From the IMG/VR virus record IMGVR_UViG_2534681991_000026: a DNA stretch of 15,885 nt; one strand, given 5' to 3'. A program made the position numbers and the translations under genes. Under the pieces are notes generated by a model that was not told the DNA's origin, did not search any database, and saw only the letters and a list, made by a program, of their open reading frames with translations. Source of the stretch: a virus (Duplodnaviria > Heunggongvirae > Uroviricota > Caudoviricetes). Below are positions 14,668 to 15,885 of this stretch, piece by piece. Position 1 is the stretch's first letter, and each line of letters starts with the position of its first letter.

Positions 14668-15885
14668 TTATTTTCTTCTGGCTACGGGTAGCGTGGTTAC
14701 GTTTTCATGTGCTCCCGCCAGTATCCCTAACCGCTCCGTCCACATATCCAGCGCATCACGTTTCGCATCCAGATAACGGGAATGGTTATAGACTCGTTGC
14801 ATCCCTGGCATCTGATGACCTGTAAGCTGCTCCACGACGTGAGGATCCGCGCCTAAATCGTTCAGCATCGTTGTAAAGGTGCGCCGGATGTCATGCAGTG
14901 ACCATTGAGGGTGTTTTAGCCTCCTGTGCGCTAATCTGCCGTACTGCGATACGCTGGCCTCCTGTTTCACTTCCCCCAGCAATAAGCCCGTGTGCCTGTT
15001 CTGCTCCACCAGCTTCATGACAAACGGCAGGATCGCTTCCGGTATGGGCCGGAATATTGCGACCTTCGTTTTGCTGTGCTCCTTCGGAACGGTCCATAGC
15101 ATTTCCGTAAAATCCCACTCCCCGATCTCCGATAACCTCAGTTCTACCGTTCTGGCACCGAAGACAATCAGGAGGCGGATTAACGCGACGTAGTAAGGGG
15201 AAAATATTTTTTTATCCAGTGCCTGCAATAACTCGCCAAGTTCTTTGGTGCTTAAGACACGCTCGCTTATATCCGGTTTTTTCCCAACGTCCGCAACGTT
15301 CAGATCGTCCAGAACGTTGCTGATTGCATAGCGCCGCCTACGGCAGAACTTAAGCGCCTGTTTGCACGCCTGTAGCACGAATCCGGCAGTAACAGGCGTT
15401 CGCTTTGCCACCTGGTCAAAACAAGCCAGCCAGTGCCGTAGCTCGCATTTATCCAGCGGCATAGCACCAATGTGCTGTATTACGTGATTATTAAGTCGCC
15501 TTTTCAGGGCGATATAATCCACGCGGTTTTCCTTTACGTAAGACTCAAGCCAGTAGGTAAGCGCATCGCCAACCGTTACGGGCTTTAACGCTTCCTGTAC
15601 GGTGTAATTCATCTCATGACGTGGATTTTTCCCCTCAGCCAGCCATGCGCGACACTGTGCGGCTTTTTCCCTGGCTGCTTTCAGGCTCAGATCAGGATAA
15701 CTTCCCAGCTTAATGCGTTCGGGTCGTGTCTCCCTTCCCGTTCCGGCCCTGTATGTGAAATACCATGTTAATTTCCCTGATGTTAAATATTTCACGCTCA
15801 GGTTTCCGCCATCACTATAAAACGTGTTTTTCTCAGCTGGCTTACCATGAAGTTTCCTTAGCAATGTATCGCTCAGTTTGTTCAT
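14668..15885 (-). CDS. int: Tyrosine recombinase / integrase, P4 family
   Basis: 405 aa; P4-type N-terminus (MNKLSDTLL...FYSDGGNLSV), catalytic-domain motifs (HDIRRTF, ...RVYNHSRY); start codon at the window edge, so the cognate att site is expected just beyond 15885. Confidence 0.9.
   Translation of the reverse strand: MNKLSDTLLRKLHGKPAEKNTFYSDGGNLSVKYLTSGKLTWYFTYRAGTGRETRPERIKLGSYPDLSLKAAREKAAQCRAWLAEGKNPRHEMNYTVQEALKPVTVGDALTYWLESYVKENRVDYIALKRRLNNHVIQHIGAMPLDKCELRHWLACFDQVAKRTPVTAGFVLQACKQALKFCRRRRYAISNVLDDLNVADVGKKPDISERVLSTKELGELLQALDKKIFSPYYVALIRLLIVFGARTVELRLSEIGEWDFTEMLWTVPKEHSKTKVAIFRPIPEAILPFVMKLVEQNRHTGLLLGEVKQEASVSQYGRLAHRRLKHPQWSLHDIRRTFTTMLNDLGADPHVVEQLTGHQMPGMQRVYNHSRYLDAKRDALDMWTERLGILAGAHENVTTLPVARRK

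Noticed and set aside
1-15885. tRNA or tmRNA gene as the integration target
   Set aside because: Neither window end shows a recognisable tRNA cloverleaf (no clear acceptor/T-arm pairing seen by eye); the left end instead looks like a protein-coding gene fragment. A tRNA just outside the window beyond the integrase cannot be excluded.

Overview
The window reads as one nearly complete integrated satellite-type mobile element of about 15.7 kb, almost all genes on the minus strand, in an enterobacterial host. From right to left: a P4-family tyrosine integrase (start codon at the window edge), an AlpA-family regulator, a divergent regulatory region with a small plus-strand operon, two paralogous Icd-like small genes, five tightly overlapping small unknown genes, a P4-alpha-like primase/helicase followed by an iteron-rich putative origin, SSB, a PerC-like putative activator, and then a complete HK97-type head and packaging operon (major capsid, prohead protease, portal, head-tail joining, gp6-like connector, HNH endonuclease, TerS, TerL) closed by a terminator. 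There are no tail, tape-measure, baseplate or lysis genes. That combination matches a capsid-forming phage-inducible chromosomal island (cf-PICI-like satellite) that builds its own capsid and packaging machinery but must borrow tails from a helper phage. The left ~140 nt looks like the 5' end of a TqsA/YdgG-like membrane protein gene whose frame breaks off, marking a probable element/host junction. All protein calls rest on motif-level recognition from the translated ORFs and on gene order; no database search was run.
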